This document shows, in pieces, positions 35,484 to 45,463 of a DNA stretch of 64,000 nt. The position numbers and the translations under genes were made by a program. Below the pieces are notes generated by a model. The model saw only the letters and a program-made list of their open reading frames with translations, was not told the DNA's origin and did no database searches. Positions within the stretch are counted from its first letter, which is position 1. Every line of letters starts with the position of its first letter. The stretch covers positions 1-64,000 of the IMG/VR virus record IMGVR_UViG_3300020201_000458, one strand, 5' to 3'. Origin of the DNA: an uncultured virus (IMG/VR IMGVR_UViG_3300020201_000458) (lineage: Duplodnaviria > Heunggongvirae > Uroviricota > Caudoviricetes).

Positions 35484-36073
35484 AGATCAATCTTGGGTGC
35501 GGGCCCGATTTGAAAGATGGCCACGTGAACGTCGACTTCAGGGATCTTCCAGGAGTGACGAAAGTAGATCTCTCCATATTTCCGTGGCCATGGGCTGACG
35601 ATTCCGCTGATCAGATCTTGATGTTGGATTTTCTGGAACACTTCCCGTACAGGAAGACGACTACTATCCTTCGTGAGTGTTGGCGTGTCCTGAAGATGGG
35701 TGGGAACCTCGAAGTCCAGGTTCCAGACCTCGAACATTGCGCGCGCGCTGCAGCAATGACAGGACCATTCCTGTGTAACAGGTGTGGATGGCAGTATCCG
35801 ATGCACGACCTTCGGGCAGACTTCTTCATCTGCAAGCAGTGTAAGCAACCGTGGACAGAGTGTGCCCAAGCTGCCATCCACCGTTTGTACGGTGGTCAGG
35901 ACTACGAAGGAAATTGGCATCACACAGCCTTCACGACTCTCCAGCTGAACAGGTTGTTGCAGGGGCACGGGTTCGAAGACATCCGCGAGCTGGAGCACGA
36001 GCACCAGTACAAGAATTGGAATTTCAAGTTTTCTGCCACAAAGATGAAAGACCTGTGGGGTGATGAACCGTGA
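35480..36073 (+). CDS. SAM-dependent methyltransferase with Zn-ribbon insert
   Basis: INLGCG, FLEH, RVLKMGG...VPD; CxxC...CxxC. Confidence 0.82.
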   Translation: MKINLGCGPDLKDGHVNVDFRDLPGVTKVDLSIFPWPWADDSADQILMLDFLEHFPYRKTTTILRECWRVLKMGGNLEVQVPDLEHCARAAAMTGPFLCNRCGWQYPMHDLRADFFICKQCKQPWTECAQAAIHRLYGGQDYEGNWHHTAFTTLQLNRLLQGHGFEDIRELEHEHQYKNWNFKFSATKMKDLWGDEP

Positions 36074-37029
36074 ACGACTGGAAAGGAAAGAACGTCCTTG
36101 TCACAGGGGCCGCCGGTTTCATCGGTGGCTGCGTAGCTCGTGAGCTTCTTGATCAAGAGGCTATTGTGACGTGTCTCATCAGGACGAAGGGAAAGAATCC
36201 GAATCTCCTGGGGGCGAAGATATTCGAAGGGGATGTGGCGGACTACGCCTTGATGTGTGAGATCATCTCTTCGGGAGAAATTGAGTACGTCTTTCATCTG
36301 GCGGCAAACGCCATCGTCAGGGTCGGGGCTCGGGATCCGATGAACACATACCGAATCAACGTGATGGGTACGGTCGCCCTCCTTGAGGCAGTCCGTACGG
36401 TTGGCCGATGCAAGAAGGTAGTCGTGGCTTCGAGTGACAAAGCCTACGGTGATCACGATATCCTTCCGTACAAGGAGGACATGGCACTCCAACCGAAGAA
36501 CACGTACGATACTTCCAAGGCTTGCGCAGACATGATCGCGCGCTCGTATGCCCACAACTACGATCTTCCGATCGTCGTCACACGTTGCAGCAACGTCTAT
36601 GGTCCTCGGGATCCTAATATGTCGAGGATCATCCCCAACACGATCAATCGAATTCTGGAAGGCAAGAAGCCGCAGCTTTATTCGGACGTCAGCGTCATGG
36701 AGAGAGAGTTTATCTTCATCGACGACGTGGTCGTTGCCAACTTGGCCCTCGCTCTATCTGGTCCAGAGACAAACGGGGAGGCATTCAACGTCGGTAGGAA
36801 CCACGCTCACATGGTTTCGACCGTGGTCGAACAGATCTCCAAGATGATGGGCTTCGAAGACGGAGTCGAGATCGTTCCTCGCGAGCCCTCCTTCAAGGAA
36901 ATCCAGAAGCAGTACATCAGCGCTCGAAAGCTCGAAGAGGCGACCGAATGGAGCGCGCGGGTCCAACTCATCGACGGTCTGAGGAAGACGATCGACTGGT
37001 ATAAGGTATTCGGGAGAAGTGACCGATGA
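36070..37029 (+). CDS. NAD-dependent nucleotide-sugar dehydratase (CDP-glucose 4,6-dehydratase-like)
   Basis: TGAAGFIG, SSDKAYG, YDTSK, RCSNVYGP. Confidence 0.9.
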   Translation: MNDWKGKNVLVTGAAGFIGGCVARELLDQEAIVTCLIRTKGKNPNLLGAKIFEGDVADYALMCEIISSGEIEYVFHLAANAIVRVGARDPMNTYRINVMGTVALLEAVRTVGRCKKVVVASSDKAYGDHDILPYKEDMALQPKNTYDTSKACADMIARSYAHNYDLPIVVTRCSNVYGPRDPNMSRIIPNTINRILEGKKPQLYSDVSVMEREFIFIDDVVVANLALALSGPETNGEAFNVGRNHAHMVSTVVEQISKMMGFEDGVEIVPREPSFKEIQKQYISARKLEEATEWSARVQLIDGLRKTIDWYKVFGRSDR

Positions 37030-38063
37030 GAGTTGCCTTCGTCGGGGTCAAGCGTAAGTACCAAGAGTTGGCGCCTGAGTACAAAGACTTCTTCAATCAG
37101 TATCATCTGGAGCTTCCGTACTACTACGCTCGACATGGACAGAATCATGTCACGATCACGACCGTCGATCATGATTCTCCTCCCATCCGTTTTGCCCGAG
37201 ATTATTCCGATTTCCTGGAATGCCAGACGGAAGAGAAGTACAAGATCGAAGGTCGTAGATACGATGTCGTCGTGCACTGGCGTAAGTGGTTCCCCGAGTT
37301 ACGTAAAGAAGGTACCATCAATCTTCTCAACTGTCAGGATCACTCGTTCAGTCAAGAATGGAAAGACAGTGTCCGTCAAGCGATGAACGCTGGTCAGCTG
37401 CATGGAATACTCTGTTTTCCGACCTGGCACAAGCAGAATATCCACGAAGAGACTGGCATCCCGCTCGATAGGCTTTTCGATGGAGTCACCCTGGGAGTAG
37501 ACACTGAAGTTTATAAACCAGCTCTCGTTAAAGATCCATTCCAGATGCTGTGGGCATCCGATCCTGGGCGCGGTCTAACTCAAGCGATGTGTCTCGCTGC
37601 CGAACTCTTCCAGAGAGACAAGCGGTTTAGACTTCACGTCTGTGTTCCAGACTACGTCAAGATGAACTCTTCTCCTTTCAACCACCCAGCGATCGCCTGG
37701 CATGGGTGCGTCCCGAATGGTCCGAAGCTCTGGGAGCTCTTCAACAGTTCCGGGATCCTCCCGTACACTTCTTGCTTCAAAGAGCCGTCTTCCCGGGCCC
37801 ATCGGCAGGCCCAGGCGGCAGGGTGCCTGGTTCTCTACCCTCCTGGTATGGGAACACCCTCCGAACTCATCCAGCATGAACGGACGGGCATCGTGGAGCC
37901 AATCGGTCAATGGACGGAACGGATTCGAAACTTTGCCGTCCACAGAGAACGTACTGAGATCGGACCGCAGGCCCGTGAGTTTGCGATCACGGAAAACTGG
38001 GAAGTGCAGGCGCAGAACTTCAATCGTCTCATCGAAAAGATCAAGGGAGAACAAAATGATTGA
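37026..38063 (+). CDS. GT-B glycosyltransferase
   Basis: WASDPGRGL...YTSCFKEPSS...AQAAG. Confidence 0.75.
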   Translation: MRVAFVGVKRKYQELAPEYKDFFNQYHLELPYYYARHGQNHVTITTVDHDSPPIRFARDYSDFLECQTEEKYKIEGRRYDVVVHWRKWFPELRKEGTINLLNCQDHSFSQEWKDSVRQAMNAGQLHGILCFPTWHKQNIHEETGIPLDRLFDGVTLGVDTEVYKPALVKDPFQMLWASDPGRGLTQAMCLAAELFQRDKRFRLHVCVPDYVKMNSSPFNHPAIAWHGCVPNGPKLWELFNSSGILPYTSCFKEPSSRAHRQAQAAGCLVLYPPGMGTPSELIQHERTGIVEPIGQWTERIRNFAVHRERTEIGPQAREFAITENWEVQAQNFNRLIEKIKGEQND

Positions 38064-38089
38064 CATCAACGCGAAATCATATTTATCGT

Positions 38090-38692
38090 GTGAAGACGCG
38101 TTATGCGCTGTACCTTATTCTTGATCCATGTTCTGGTATGCCGCGATACGTTGGAATGACAACGCGCGGGTTTCATCGGAGAACGAGTGAACATCTAAAA
38201 GCAATTCACGACAAGCGATTTAAGACACATCTTTATTTCTGGCTGAGAGTTCTTCATAGCAAAGGATTGAAACCTTTCTTCGAACTTGTCCGTTGCTTTG
38301 AGGAAAGTACTCGAGGGGAAGAAGCTCTTTGCGACGCAGAGATTGATTTTATTTCTCTTCGTTCTGCGGGAGCGGACTTAACAAATACTGCTCGTGGTGG
38401 AAAGGGTAAATCGAGTAACGGTAGAGTGCCTTGGAATAAAGGAAAGTCGGGTGTGTCAGCAGAGACAAGTGAAAAGATGCGGTCTGAAAAAGTTGGGAAA
38501 GTCTCCCCGCGGAAAGGTGTCATTCTCTCTTCGGAAACAAAAGAAAAATTGAGAGTTTCTCATCTCGGAAAAGCTGCTTCACCAGAGACAAAAGAAAAGA
38601 TGAGTTTGACCCATAGGTTAATTTGGAAAAGGAGAAAAAATGCCAGTAGATATCAACTCGACGGACTTCATGCAGACATTCAAACTGGCTGA
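38090..38692 (+). CDS. GIY-YIG homing endonuclease with NUMOD3 repeats
   Basis: ALYLILDP...RYVGMT, LTNTARGG, SxETKEKxS repeats; AT-rich; start may be TTG 38060. Confidence 0.85.
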   Translation: MKTRYALYLILDPCSGMPRYVGMTTRGFHRRTSEHLKAIHDKRFKTHLYFWLRVLHSKGLKPFFELVRCFEESTRGEEALCDAEIDFISLRSAGADLTNTARGGKGKSSNGRVPWNKGKSGVSAETSEKMRSEKVGKVSPRKGVILSSETKEKLRVSHLGKAASPETKEKMSLTHRLIWKRRKNASRYQLDGLHADIQTG

Positions 38693-39563
38693 CGCCACTG
38701 TCGGGGTGGTCGGTCATGGATTCGTGGGACAGGCGGTCGCAGAATTCTTCAAGGGAACGTGCGGAAACATCGTCATCAACGACAAGGCGAAACCGGAACT
38801 GGCGACCCTGAAGGAGGTCGTGACCCGGTCCGAACTGATCTTCGTCTGCGTCCCGACCCCGATGCGGAAGGACGGATCATGCTACACAGGGTTCGTGGAA
38901 GAGGTGATCGCGAACATCAAGACCACCGCCCAGGAGATCAAGAGGAATTTCGATTCCTTCGTGGTCGTGGTCAAGAGCACGGTCTACCCGGGATTCATCG
39001 AAGATATGCAGAGCAAGCATCTCCCGATGAGGCTGACCTTCTCTCCCGAGTTCATTACGGAGAAGAATAGCGTCGAAGACTTCAAGAAAACAAACAGGAT
39101 CATCGTAGGTGGGGATGAGGACGACGCGATGATTGTCCTGAAATACTTTCACGATGTTGATCCAAAAAGGATCGAGGATGGTCGACGCGTCCTTCTTCAG
39201 TGCAATCCAACAACGGCCGAGATGGTAAAACTCTATGCCAACGGGATTTTGACCGCGAAGGTCATTTTCTCGAACGAGGTCTACCAGATCTGTCAGAAGC
39301 TTGGAGTTGACTTCGAAGAGGTCAGGGCAATATCAGTCCTGGATACTCGAATCGGAACGGGGCATACTCTTGTCCCTGGCCCAGACGGCCAACTGGGATA
39401 CGGTGGTCACTGCTTCCCCAAAGACATCCAGAACCTCAGAGCTACAGCTCGGGTGTGCGAAGTTCCGGAGAAGCTATTTACCGCGATGATCGATCGCAAT
39501 GAAGAGCTGAGAGAGAAGAAGGACTGGCTAGATATGAAAGAACGGGCTGTCACGGAGAACTGA
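38640..39563 (+). CDS. UDP-glucose/GDP-mannose dehydrogenase family protein
   Basis: GHGFVG, CVPTP, KSTVYPG, PEF, GYGGHCFPKD. Confidence 0.92.
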   Translation: MPVDINSTDFMQTFKLADATVGVVGHGFVGQAVAEFFKGTCGNIVINDKAKPELATLKEVVTRSELIFVCVPTPMRKDGSCYTGFVEEVIANIKTTAQEIKRNFDSFVVVVKSTVYPGFIEDMQSKHLPMRLTFSPEFITEKNSVEDFKKTNRIIVGGDEDDAMIVLKYFHDVDPKRIEDGRRVLLQCNPTTAEMVKLYANGILTAKVIFSNEVYQICQKLGVDFEEVRAISVLDTRIGTGHTLVPGPDGQLGYGGHCFPKDIQNLRATARVCEVPEKLFTAMIDRNEELREKKDWLDMKERAVTEN

Positions 39564-39895
39564 TGCCTACGCTTGTCATGGACATGGATGGGACAATCTG
39601 CGAGCAGATGCATGGCGATGGGTATTTTATCGCCAGACCCATTCAATTCGTGATCGATAAAATGAGATCATACAAACTCAAGGGATGGGATATTGTAATC
39701 CACACCGCCCGTGGCATGGGACGTTATGATGGAAACATCGCTCGCATCGAGTTTGAGTTTCGTTACAAGACGGAGAAGTGGTTACGAGATCACGGCGTCC
39801 CATATGATAAGCTGATCTTCGGGAAGCCTGCCGGAGACATCTACGTGGATGACAAGGGGATAGTACCTGATGACTTTGCGACCAGAGACGCTTGA
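39563..39895 (+). CDS. Minimal HAD phosphatase (capsule-biosynthesis phosphatase-like)
   Basis: DMDGTI, TARG, GKP, YVDDK. Confidence 0.85.
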   Translation: MPTLVMDMDGTICEQMHGDGYFIARPIQFVIDKMRSYKLKGWDIVIHTARGMGRYDGNIARIEFEFRYKTEKWLRDHGVPYDKLIFGKPAGDIYVDDKGIVPDDFATRDA

Positions 39896-40370
39896 AAGTG
39901 AATCCTACAAAGAGCTTTGCGAATCGATTCGTGCTGAGGGTCGCAAGAAATATGGTTCCCAGGGGTACTCTCGAGTGGTCTTCGCTAATGGCGTCTTTGA
40001 TCTTCTTCATTTGGGTCACCTTTCTCTCCTGAACGAGTGTCGAATCTTGGCTGGTCCAAATGGCGCCGTTGTCGTCGGAGTGAATTCTGATGCGTCTGTG
40101 AAGAGGATCAAAGGTCCCAACAGACCCATCCTGGACGAGGTCACCCGGTGTTCCACTTTGATCTTCATGAAGCCGGTGGATCACGTCTTGACATTCGATG
40201 AAGACACCCCACTCGAACTGGTGGAAGTTCTCCGTCCTGACGTTATCGTCAAGGGATCTGAATACAGAAACAAGAAGGTCGTCGGTTCACACTTGGCTGT
40301 CGTGACGTACGTCGATAGTAAGGAAGGCATCTCGACGACCCAGCTGATCGAGAGGATCCGCAATGGATGA
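39870..40370 (+). CDS. HldE/RfaE domain II-like heptose-1-phosphate nucleotidyltransferase
   Basis: NGVFDLLHLGH, GVNSDASVKRIKG..RP, FDEDTP, KG, GISTT. Confidence 0.9.
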   Translation: MTLRPETLESESYKELCESIRAEGRKKYGSQGYSRVVFANGVFDLLHLGHLSLLNECRILAGPNGAVVVGVNSDASVKRIKGPNRPILDEVTRCSTLIFMKPVDHVLTFDEDTPLELVEVLRPDVIVKGSEYRNKKVVGSHLAVVTYVDSKEGISTTQLIERIRNG

Positions 40371-41277
40371 ACCAAAAAAGATACTCGTGGTTGGTGATGT
40401 GATGATCGACAAGTACATCTTCGCCATGACTTCTCGTCAAGCTCCAGAGGCGCCAATACCGGTGTGGGACGAGGTGGCATATGAGCTCCGTCTCGGTGGA
40501 GCGGCCAACGTCGCTAACAACCTGAAGGCTCTGGGCGGGGATGAGGTCGAAGTCTATCTGGCGGGTATCGTTGGTTTGATCGACAAGAAGATGATCTCCC
40601 GGGCAGGCATCAACACAATCTTGTGCGCCGGCAATGAGTCGATGTACAAGACCAGGTACATCGACTCACACAGCAAGAAGCACATGTTCCGTGTCGACAA
40701 TATTCGGACATTCTCTCCAGAGTCTAAGACACATTTTCTCCGTTGCCTACAACACTTTCTCAGGGGTCACGTGTTCGATGCGGTCATCTTCTCCGACTAC
40801 GATAAAGAGACCATCAATCTTGACGTGATGGAGATCGTCATCCCCACTTCCAAATTGACTGTTGTAGACTCGAAGCGGACAGATCTTTCCATGTACAAGG
40901 GTGCGCAATTGCTCAAGATCAATGAATACGAGTATGCGACACAACTTTCTCGTGGTCCGTATCTCAACGTCGAGAGTCTGTTCGACTACGTTGTCGTAAC
41001 CCATGGCTCAAAGGGCGCTGAGCTACGGCAGCATGAAGTGACAAAGAGTGATGAGAGACGATACATGGTCCATAGCGAAAACTTCGCCGTCGACCCTGTG
41101 AATGTTCAAGACGTGACTGGATGTGGTGACACCCACACGGCAGCCATGACGTTTTCTTTATTGAAAAACCAGGACGTCCGCTTGGCTGTTCGATTCGCCA
41201 ATGCTTGCTCTAGGAATGTCGTACAGAAGTTTGGCACCAGCGTAAGTGATGTCAGCTTGGCTAGCATTGGTGTATAA
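40363..41277 (+). CDS. Second HldE/RfaE domain I-like kinase
   Basis: VGDVMIDKY, RQAPEAPIPV, GGAANVANNL, SDYDK, DVTGCGDT. Confidence 0.88.
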   Translation: MDEPKKILVVGDVMIDKYIFAMTSRQAPEAPIPVWDEVAYELRLGGAANVANNLKALGGDEVEVYLAGIVGLIDKKMISRAGINTILCAGNESMYKTRYIDSHSKKHMFRVDNIRTFSPESKTHFLRCLQHFLRGHVFDAVIFSDYDKETINLDVMEIVIPTSKLTVVDSKRTDLSMYKGAQLLKINEYEYATQLSRGPYLNVESLFDYVVVTHGSKGAELRQHEVTKSDERRYMVHSENFAVDPVNVQDVTGCGDTHTAAMTFSLLKNQDVRLAVRFANACSRNVVQKFGTSVSDVSLASIGV

Positions 41278-41297
41278 TGGGAATACATGAGGGGATT

Positions 41298-41468
41298 ATG
41301 AAACTTAGCGAAGACGTTTTGGTAGAGATCATCGACATCGTACGCCAGGGGATTGCCGAAGGAAAGGACATCTCTGAACTCTTGAGAAAGATGGAGCTCG
41401 GCGTGGAACCCGACAGCGAGCTCGGTCCAGACGACAAGATCTTTCTCGAAAAGAATCGAGCGTACTGA
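41298..41468 (+). CDS. Small hypothetical protein
   Basis: GAGGGG RBS. Confidence 0.55.
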   Translation: MKLSEDVLVEIIDIVRQGIAEGKDISELLRKMELGVEPDSELGPDDKIFLEKNRAY

Positions 41469-41695
41469 TGCCGACGTACGTGTACGAATGCTTGAGCTGT
41501 CAGACTCGACTGGAGGTTGTCCAGAAGTTTGACGATCCGGCGCCGATGTGTGAAAGATGCGAGTCACACTCGACTGAGTGTCCTGACGGATGCTCCAACG
41601 TTCCGTATATGGAGAGGGTCATCGTCCCCGGGACATTCATTCTGAAGGGACGTGGCTGGGCCAAAGACGGATATTCTGTAGGGAAGAAGAAATGA
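41468..41695 (+). CDS. FmdB-family Zn-ribbon protein
   Basis: MPTYVYECLSC...C..C...FILKGRGWAKDGY. Confidence 0.85.
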   Translation: MPTYVYECLSCQTRLEVVQKFDDPAPMCERCESHSTECPDGCSNVPYMERVIVPGTFILKGRGWAKDGYSVGKKK

Positions 41696-42030
41696 TCGGA
41701 ATCATCATAGGAATCCTGTTGTTCTTGTCACTTGTGGCGAACGGCGTCATGATCTACATCTGCTGGAAGTTTGCCAGGCGACTCTTTCAGTTCGATGATC
41801 TCTTCGTCATGTTGACAGACGACATCGACGTTAATGCGCGCTACCTTGAGAAGCTGACCAATACTCCGCTTCTGGAGAACTCTCCCGAGATAGTCACGGC
41901 ACACAACAACATGAAGATAGTCGGACAGCGCTTGGACGAGTTCATCGTACGCATGGAAGAGATCACGGGCCGCGAGCTGCGGAAAAAAGACGGACTGGAA
42001 GTTGGCAAGAATCCACCAGTTATCAGCTAA
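41692..42030 (+). CDS. Hypothetical membrane protein
   Basis: N-terminal TM helix. Confidence 0.65.
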   Translation: MIGIIIGILLFLSLVANGVMIYICWKFARRLFQFDDLFVMLTDDIDVNARYLEKLTNTPLLENSPEIVTAHNNMKIVGQRLDEFIVRMEEITGRELRKKDGLEVGKNPPVIS

Positions 42031-42039
42031 AGGGGAAAA

Positions 42040-42714
42040 ATGGCTCAATACTTTACAAAAGATACAGACAAGGCTCTCGCGGCATTCCTGGCAACTGATG
42101 AGGTCGCCGACAAACATGAGATTTTTGACAAGAAGATCAGACCGGCTTTCGAGAAACTTGTCGAGAATCTCATCTTCGTTTACGGATTCTACACCATTGA
42201 TGACGTGGAGACACTGAAGCGAGAGGGTTTGTCTAACCTGTACGAGATGATCCCGAAGTTCGATCCAAACAAGGGGACCAAGGGATTTTCTTACTTCAAT
42301 GTGGTTGCCAAGAACTGGTTTGTCCAGAAAACCCGAGAGCGGAACAGAAAGCACAGAATTGAAAGCGAGCTTCACACCGACTTGGACAACGAGTCTGCAC
42401 AGAGCGATCCGAACTTCTCCATCAGTCCGCACGAAGATCTCCTCGAAGACAAGGAACAGTGGATCAAGTTCTACGAGGCGATGGAATCGTGGAGAGACCA
42501 ACTGCCGAAGAAATCCGAACGGCAGGTCCTGGAAGCTGTCATCTTCCTCATGAGAAATCCTGACCTCGTCACTATTTATAACAAGAAGGCAGTATACCTC
42601 TATCTTAGAGAGTTGACAAACCTGAATACAAAACAGGTCGTCGTCAATCTGAAAAAGATCAAGGCCTTGTACAACGAGTGGCAGGAGAAGTACTGTTCAA
42701 CAGGGGAATCGTGA
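42040..42714 (+). CDS. Phage late-transcription sigma factor (T4 gp55-like)
   Basis: Region 2-like KFDPNKGTKGFSYFNVVAKNWF; precedes the virion genes. Confidence 0.7.
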   Translation: MAQYFTKDTDKALAAFLATDEVADKHEIFDKKIRPAFEKLVENLIFVYGFYTIDDVETLKREGLSNLYEMIPKFDPNKGTKGFSYFNVVAKNWFVQKTRERNRKHRIESELHTDLDNESAQSDPNFSISPHEDLLEDKEQWIKFYEAMESWRDQLPKKSERQVLEAVIFLMRNPDLVTIYNKKAVYLYLRELTNLNTKQVVVNLKKIKALYNEWQEKYCSTGES

Positions 42715-43035
42715 TTGGGAAAACGGACAGACGATCTCTTCCAAGAGATTCTGAAGAATGTCAGGAACGATCGTGAGAAGCTCACGAAGGTCCGAGATAA
42801 CATCATCAGTGGGATGAACGGTATCGAGTTACAGATCGAACCGTTGGCAATGCTCGGCATCGCCGAGGCTGTTGGAAAACTATCGGACGTCTTGACTAAG
42901 CAAAACGCGCAACTGGTCGAATTGACAAAGGTGAGTGTCAAGGAAGACGCCCCCGAAGAGGATGCCGACGCAGATCGCGACAGCCTCTACGACGAGATCG
43001 AGTCTTCAGGATCGACCGATGAGAAGGTCAACTGA
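42715..43035 (+). CDS. Hypothetical protein
   Basis: Operonic, acidic C-terminus. Confidence 0.65.
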   Translation: MGKRTDDLFQEILKNVRNDREKLTKVRDNIISGMNGIELQIEPLAMLGIAEAVGKLSDVLTKQNAQLVELTKVSVKEDAPEEDADADRDSLYDEIESSGSTDEKVN

Positions 43036-43046
43036 GGAATCGGTGA

Positions 43047-43661
43047 ATGGGAATCGACTCCTTCACAAGAGACAATTTTCGTAGACCAGAGCGTGCCCTC
43101 CAGGAGTTCATCCGGAAGGGCACGCAGGGAATGTTTGTCGAACGTGACGAGCACACACCCTTCTTGTATCGAGCCCTTGTCATCGGGGTCGACGTCGAAG
43201 GTGGAAAACTCGAGAATCCAGACGCTTCTGGTGGTGGGTTATCACACAACGTCAATGGCAAGAAGTTTGACGTGCCGCCGCGCTCAGGACCGAAGAACCC
43301 ACAGAACAGCATTAAGGCTCGTATCTTGTCTGACGGGCTCGACAAGTTCGCCAAGGACGAAGACCTCCGTGTGTTTTGGCCGTTCTTTCCGGAGAACATG
43401 TCGGTGCCCATCAAGCCGGGCGAGCACGTGTACGTAATATTCGAGGATTCGCAGATGCAACACGGTCTGTGGATCTCCAAGATCCCGGGACACCAGGGTG
43501 TTAACTACGCGCCGGGCAAGGACTACTACAAGCCGACCCAAGGTGGTCTATCCAAGAAGTTCAACGACACTGCTGCCGTTTCGAGCGAAGAGAAGAAGTT
43601 CGACAAAGACACGGACGCAGCTGAAACAAAACCTGGTAACAAGTTGAGTTCGCTCTTCTGA
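43047..43661 (+). CDS. Putative baseplate hub/spike-associated OB-fold protein
   Basis: SIKARI...WPFFP...VPIKPGEHVYV motif; gene context. Confidence 0.5.
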   Translation: MGIDSFTRDNFRRPERALQEFIRKGTQGMFVERDEHTPFLYRALVIGVDVEGGKLENPDASGGGLSHNVNGKKFDVPPRSGPKNPQNSIKARILSDGLDKFAKDEDLRVFWPFFPENMSVPIKPGEHVYVIFEDSQMQHGLWISKIPGHQGVNYAPGKDYYKPTQGGLSKKFNDTAAVSSEEKKFDKDTDAAETKPGNKLSSLF

Positions 43662-43670
43662 GGTCACTCC

Positions 43671-44459
43671 ATGGCCGCCGACGTCGTCGTTGAGGCAGTC
43701 CCCAAGTTTACACGTCGCTACGGTGATTATGTGTTTGAGGGATCCAACAACACCATCTTCATCATGGGAACAGATCGTGCCAAGGCTGGTCCGGCCGGTC
43801 TTGGCGATGGAAATGGTCACGTCGGTGCGGCCAACAAAGGCGCCGGCACAGCCACTATCCACATCATCGCAGGGCGCAATGGAAAAGATCCAGACATGAA
43901 GGACGACTCGTCCTTCCTATACCTCAGCAAAAAAACGAAGGCCGACACCAACCTTGCCATCACTGGAGTGGCTGGAGTGTCGACTGACGACAAGCCAAGC
44001 GCAATCTTGAAGTCTGACGTCATCCGGATCATTGGTCGCAAGGATCTCAAGATCTGCGTGAATGACGATGAGAAGCACTACATGTTCATGAATGGATCGA
44101 AGTTTAAGGTCGAGTTCAACACAAATGCGACCATCGAGATCGTCGACAAGAAGATCACGGTTAAGATGGGAAGTGATACGATAGTGATGGACGATAAGAA
44201 AGCAGTCGTTACTATTGACAAGACGATCCTGACAATGGACGGTAAGAAAGTGAAGATAGATTCTCCAAAGATACATTTGACTGGTGGTTGCGAAGAACCG
44301 TGGGATACTCTTTTCGATAAAATAGATACGTTTTGTACTGGGCATAATCACATGTCTGCAGTTGGTCCAACGACTCCAGTTCCGGCCGGTCCTACTGCGA
44401 AAATGGCTGCCGATGTTAAGACTGCCAAAGGTGGTTGGGATACAAAGGTTAAGAGCTGA
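43671..44459 (+). CDS. Baseplate central spike protein
   Basis: Short beta-helix-like repeats and C-terminal HNH...GPT (HxH) tip. Confidence 0.65.
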   Translation: MAADVVVEAVPKFTRRYGDYVFEGSNNTIFIMGTDRAKAGPAGLGDGNGHVGAANKGAGTATIHIIAGRNGKDPDMKDDSSFLYLSKKTKADTNLAITGVAGVSTDDKPSAILKSDVIRIIGRKDLKICVNDDEKHYMFMNGSKFKVEFNTNATIEIVDKKITVKMGSDTIVMDDKKAVVTIDKTILTMDGKKVKIDSPKIHLTGGCEEPWDTLFDKIDTFCTGHNHMSAVGPTTPVPAGPTAKMAADVKTAKGGWDTKVKS

Positions 44460-45001
44460 TGCCGTTAAGTAAATCTTCTCTAAAATCAGCCTTGAAAGCC
44501 GCTTTCGAGAAACAATTAACTGCCACATCTGGTCCAACCCTTGTTCCGAATATCACTCCCGCCCTAGCTGCAGATTTGGGGAAAGCATATCACGATTATG
44601 CTTCCGATGCTAAGATCGGCGCAGCGAAGTTGTCCAGCAAAGGAACAGCTTCAGCTGTTGCTGGTGCTTTGACTGGAAATGATTACTTCGACGGATGGGA
44701 AGCTGGTACTAAAGCTTGGTGGGACGCCGCATCGGCCGATAGTGGAAACGGCGTGTACATCACTGGTGCGAAACCAAAATCGGCAGGGCTCTTAGGAGTT
44801 AAGGCCGATATTAGGAAGCTTCTTCCGAAGCCAGCGGGAGATCTTGAAGATCCTCCTGCGACTGAGCTCGATGATTTTTGCGGAAAGCTTGCTGACGTCT
44901 TAAATAAGTTTACGACCAAGATAGAAGTTCCTACTGACGATGATAACTCGGCAAAGTCTTCCGGTCCAACTCCGACATCTCCTGTACCGAAGGTCAGCTG
45001 A
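44459..45001 (+). CDS. Hypothetical virion protein
   Basis: Lies between spike and gp25-like genes. Confidence 0.6.
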   Translation: MPLSKSSLKSALKAAFEKQLTATSGPTLVPNITPALAADLGKAYHDYASDAKIGAAKLSSKGTASAVAGALTGNDYFDGWEAGTKAWWDAASADSGNGVYITGAKPKSAGLLGVKADIRKLLPKPAGDLEDPPATELDDFCGKLADVLNKFTTKIEVPTDDDNSAKSSGPTPTSPVPKVS

Positions 45002-45055
45002 TATCCATTCGGTAAGAATCTAAGAGGTTGTCCTACTTATACGAGAGGACGACCC

Positions 45056-45451
45056 ATGGGCATTGGTTTCACACTTCCATTTTCTAAGTCGACAACTGAG
45101 GTCGGGTACTTCGAGACTACCTCGAGCGATATCGCCGCGGTCAAGGAAAACCTGAAGTCTCTCCTCCTCACGAACTGGGGAGAGAGAGTCAACCACTACT
45201 ACTTTGGTTGTAATTTCAAGGAGTTTCTTTTCGAGAACATCCATCCCGCCGAACTGAAATCGAGGATTGGTGAACGTGTCTTGAGCCAGGTAGAGACCTG
45301 GTTGCCGTTTCTGGCGATAGAGACTTTGAACGTCAACCTCACGGAAGACGACTCAAACCTCCCGGAGAATGCCGTAGGTATACGGATCGACTTTAAATTG
45401 GTCTCCAAGCCTGATCTTTCAAGTCGTCTTGAGATAGTCGTAGCACAATGA
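45056..45451 (+). CDS. Baseplate wedge gp25/GPW-like protein
   Basis: NLKSLLLTNWGERV...FGCN...LFE...WLPF. Confidence 0.88.
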   Translation: MGIGFTLPFSKSTTEVGYFETTSSDIAAVKENLKSLLLTNWGERVNHYYFGCNFKEFLFENIHPAELKSRIGERVLSQVETWLPFLAIETLNVNLTEDDSNLPENAVGIRIDFKLVSKPDLSSRLEIVVAQ

Positions 45452-45463
45452 TGGAGAACTGAG

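Noticed and set aside
20580..41277. Host LPS/O-antigen locus or DNA-hypermodification cluster
   Set aside because: No wzx/wzy/ABC export or initiating transferase genes and no base hydroxymethylase in the window, and the operon is embedded among phage genes. DNA modification is disfavoured but not excluded.
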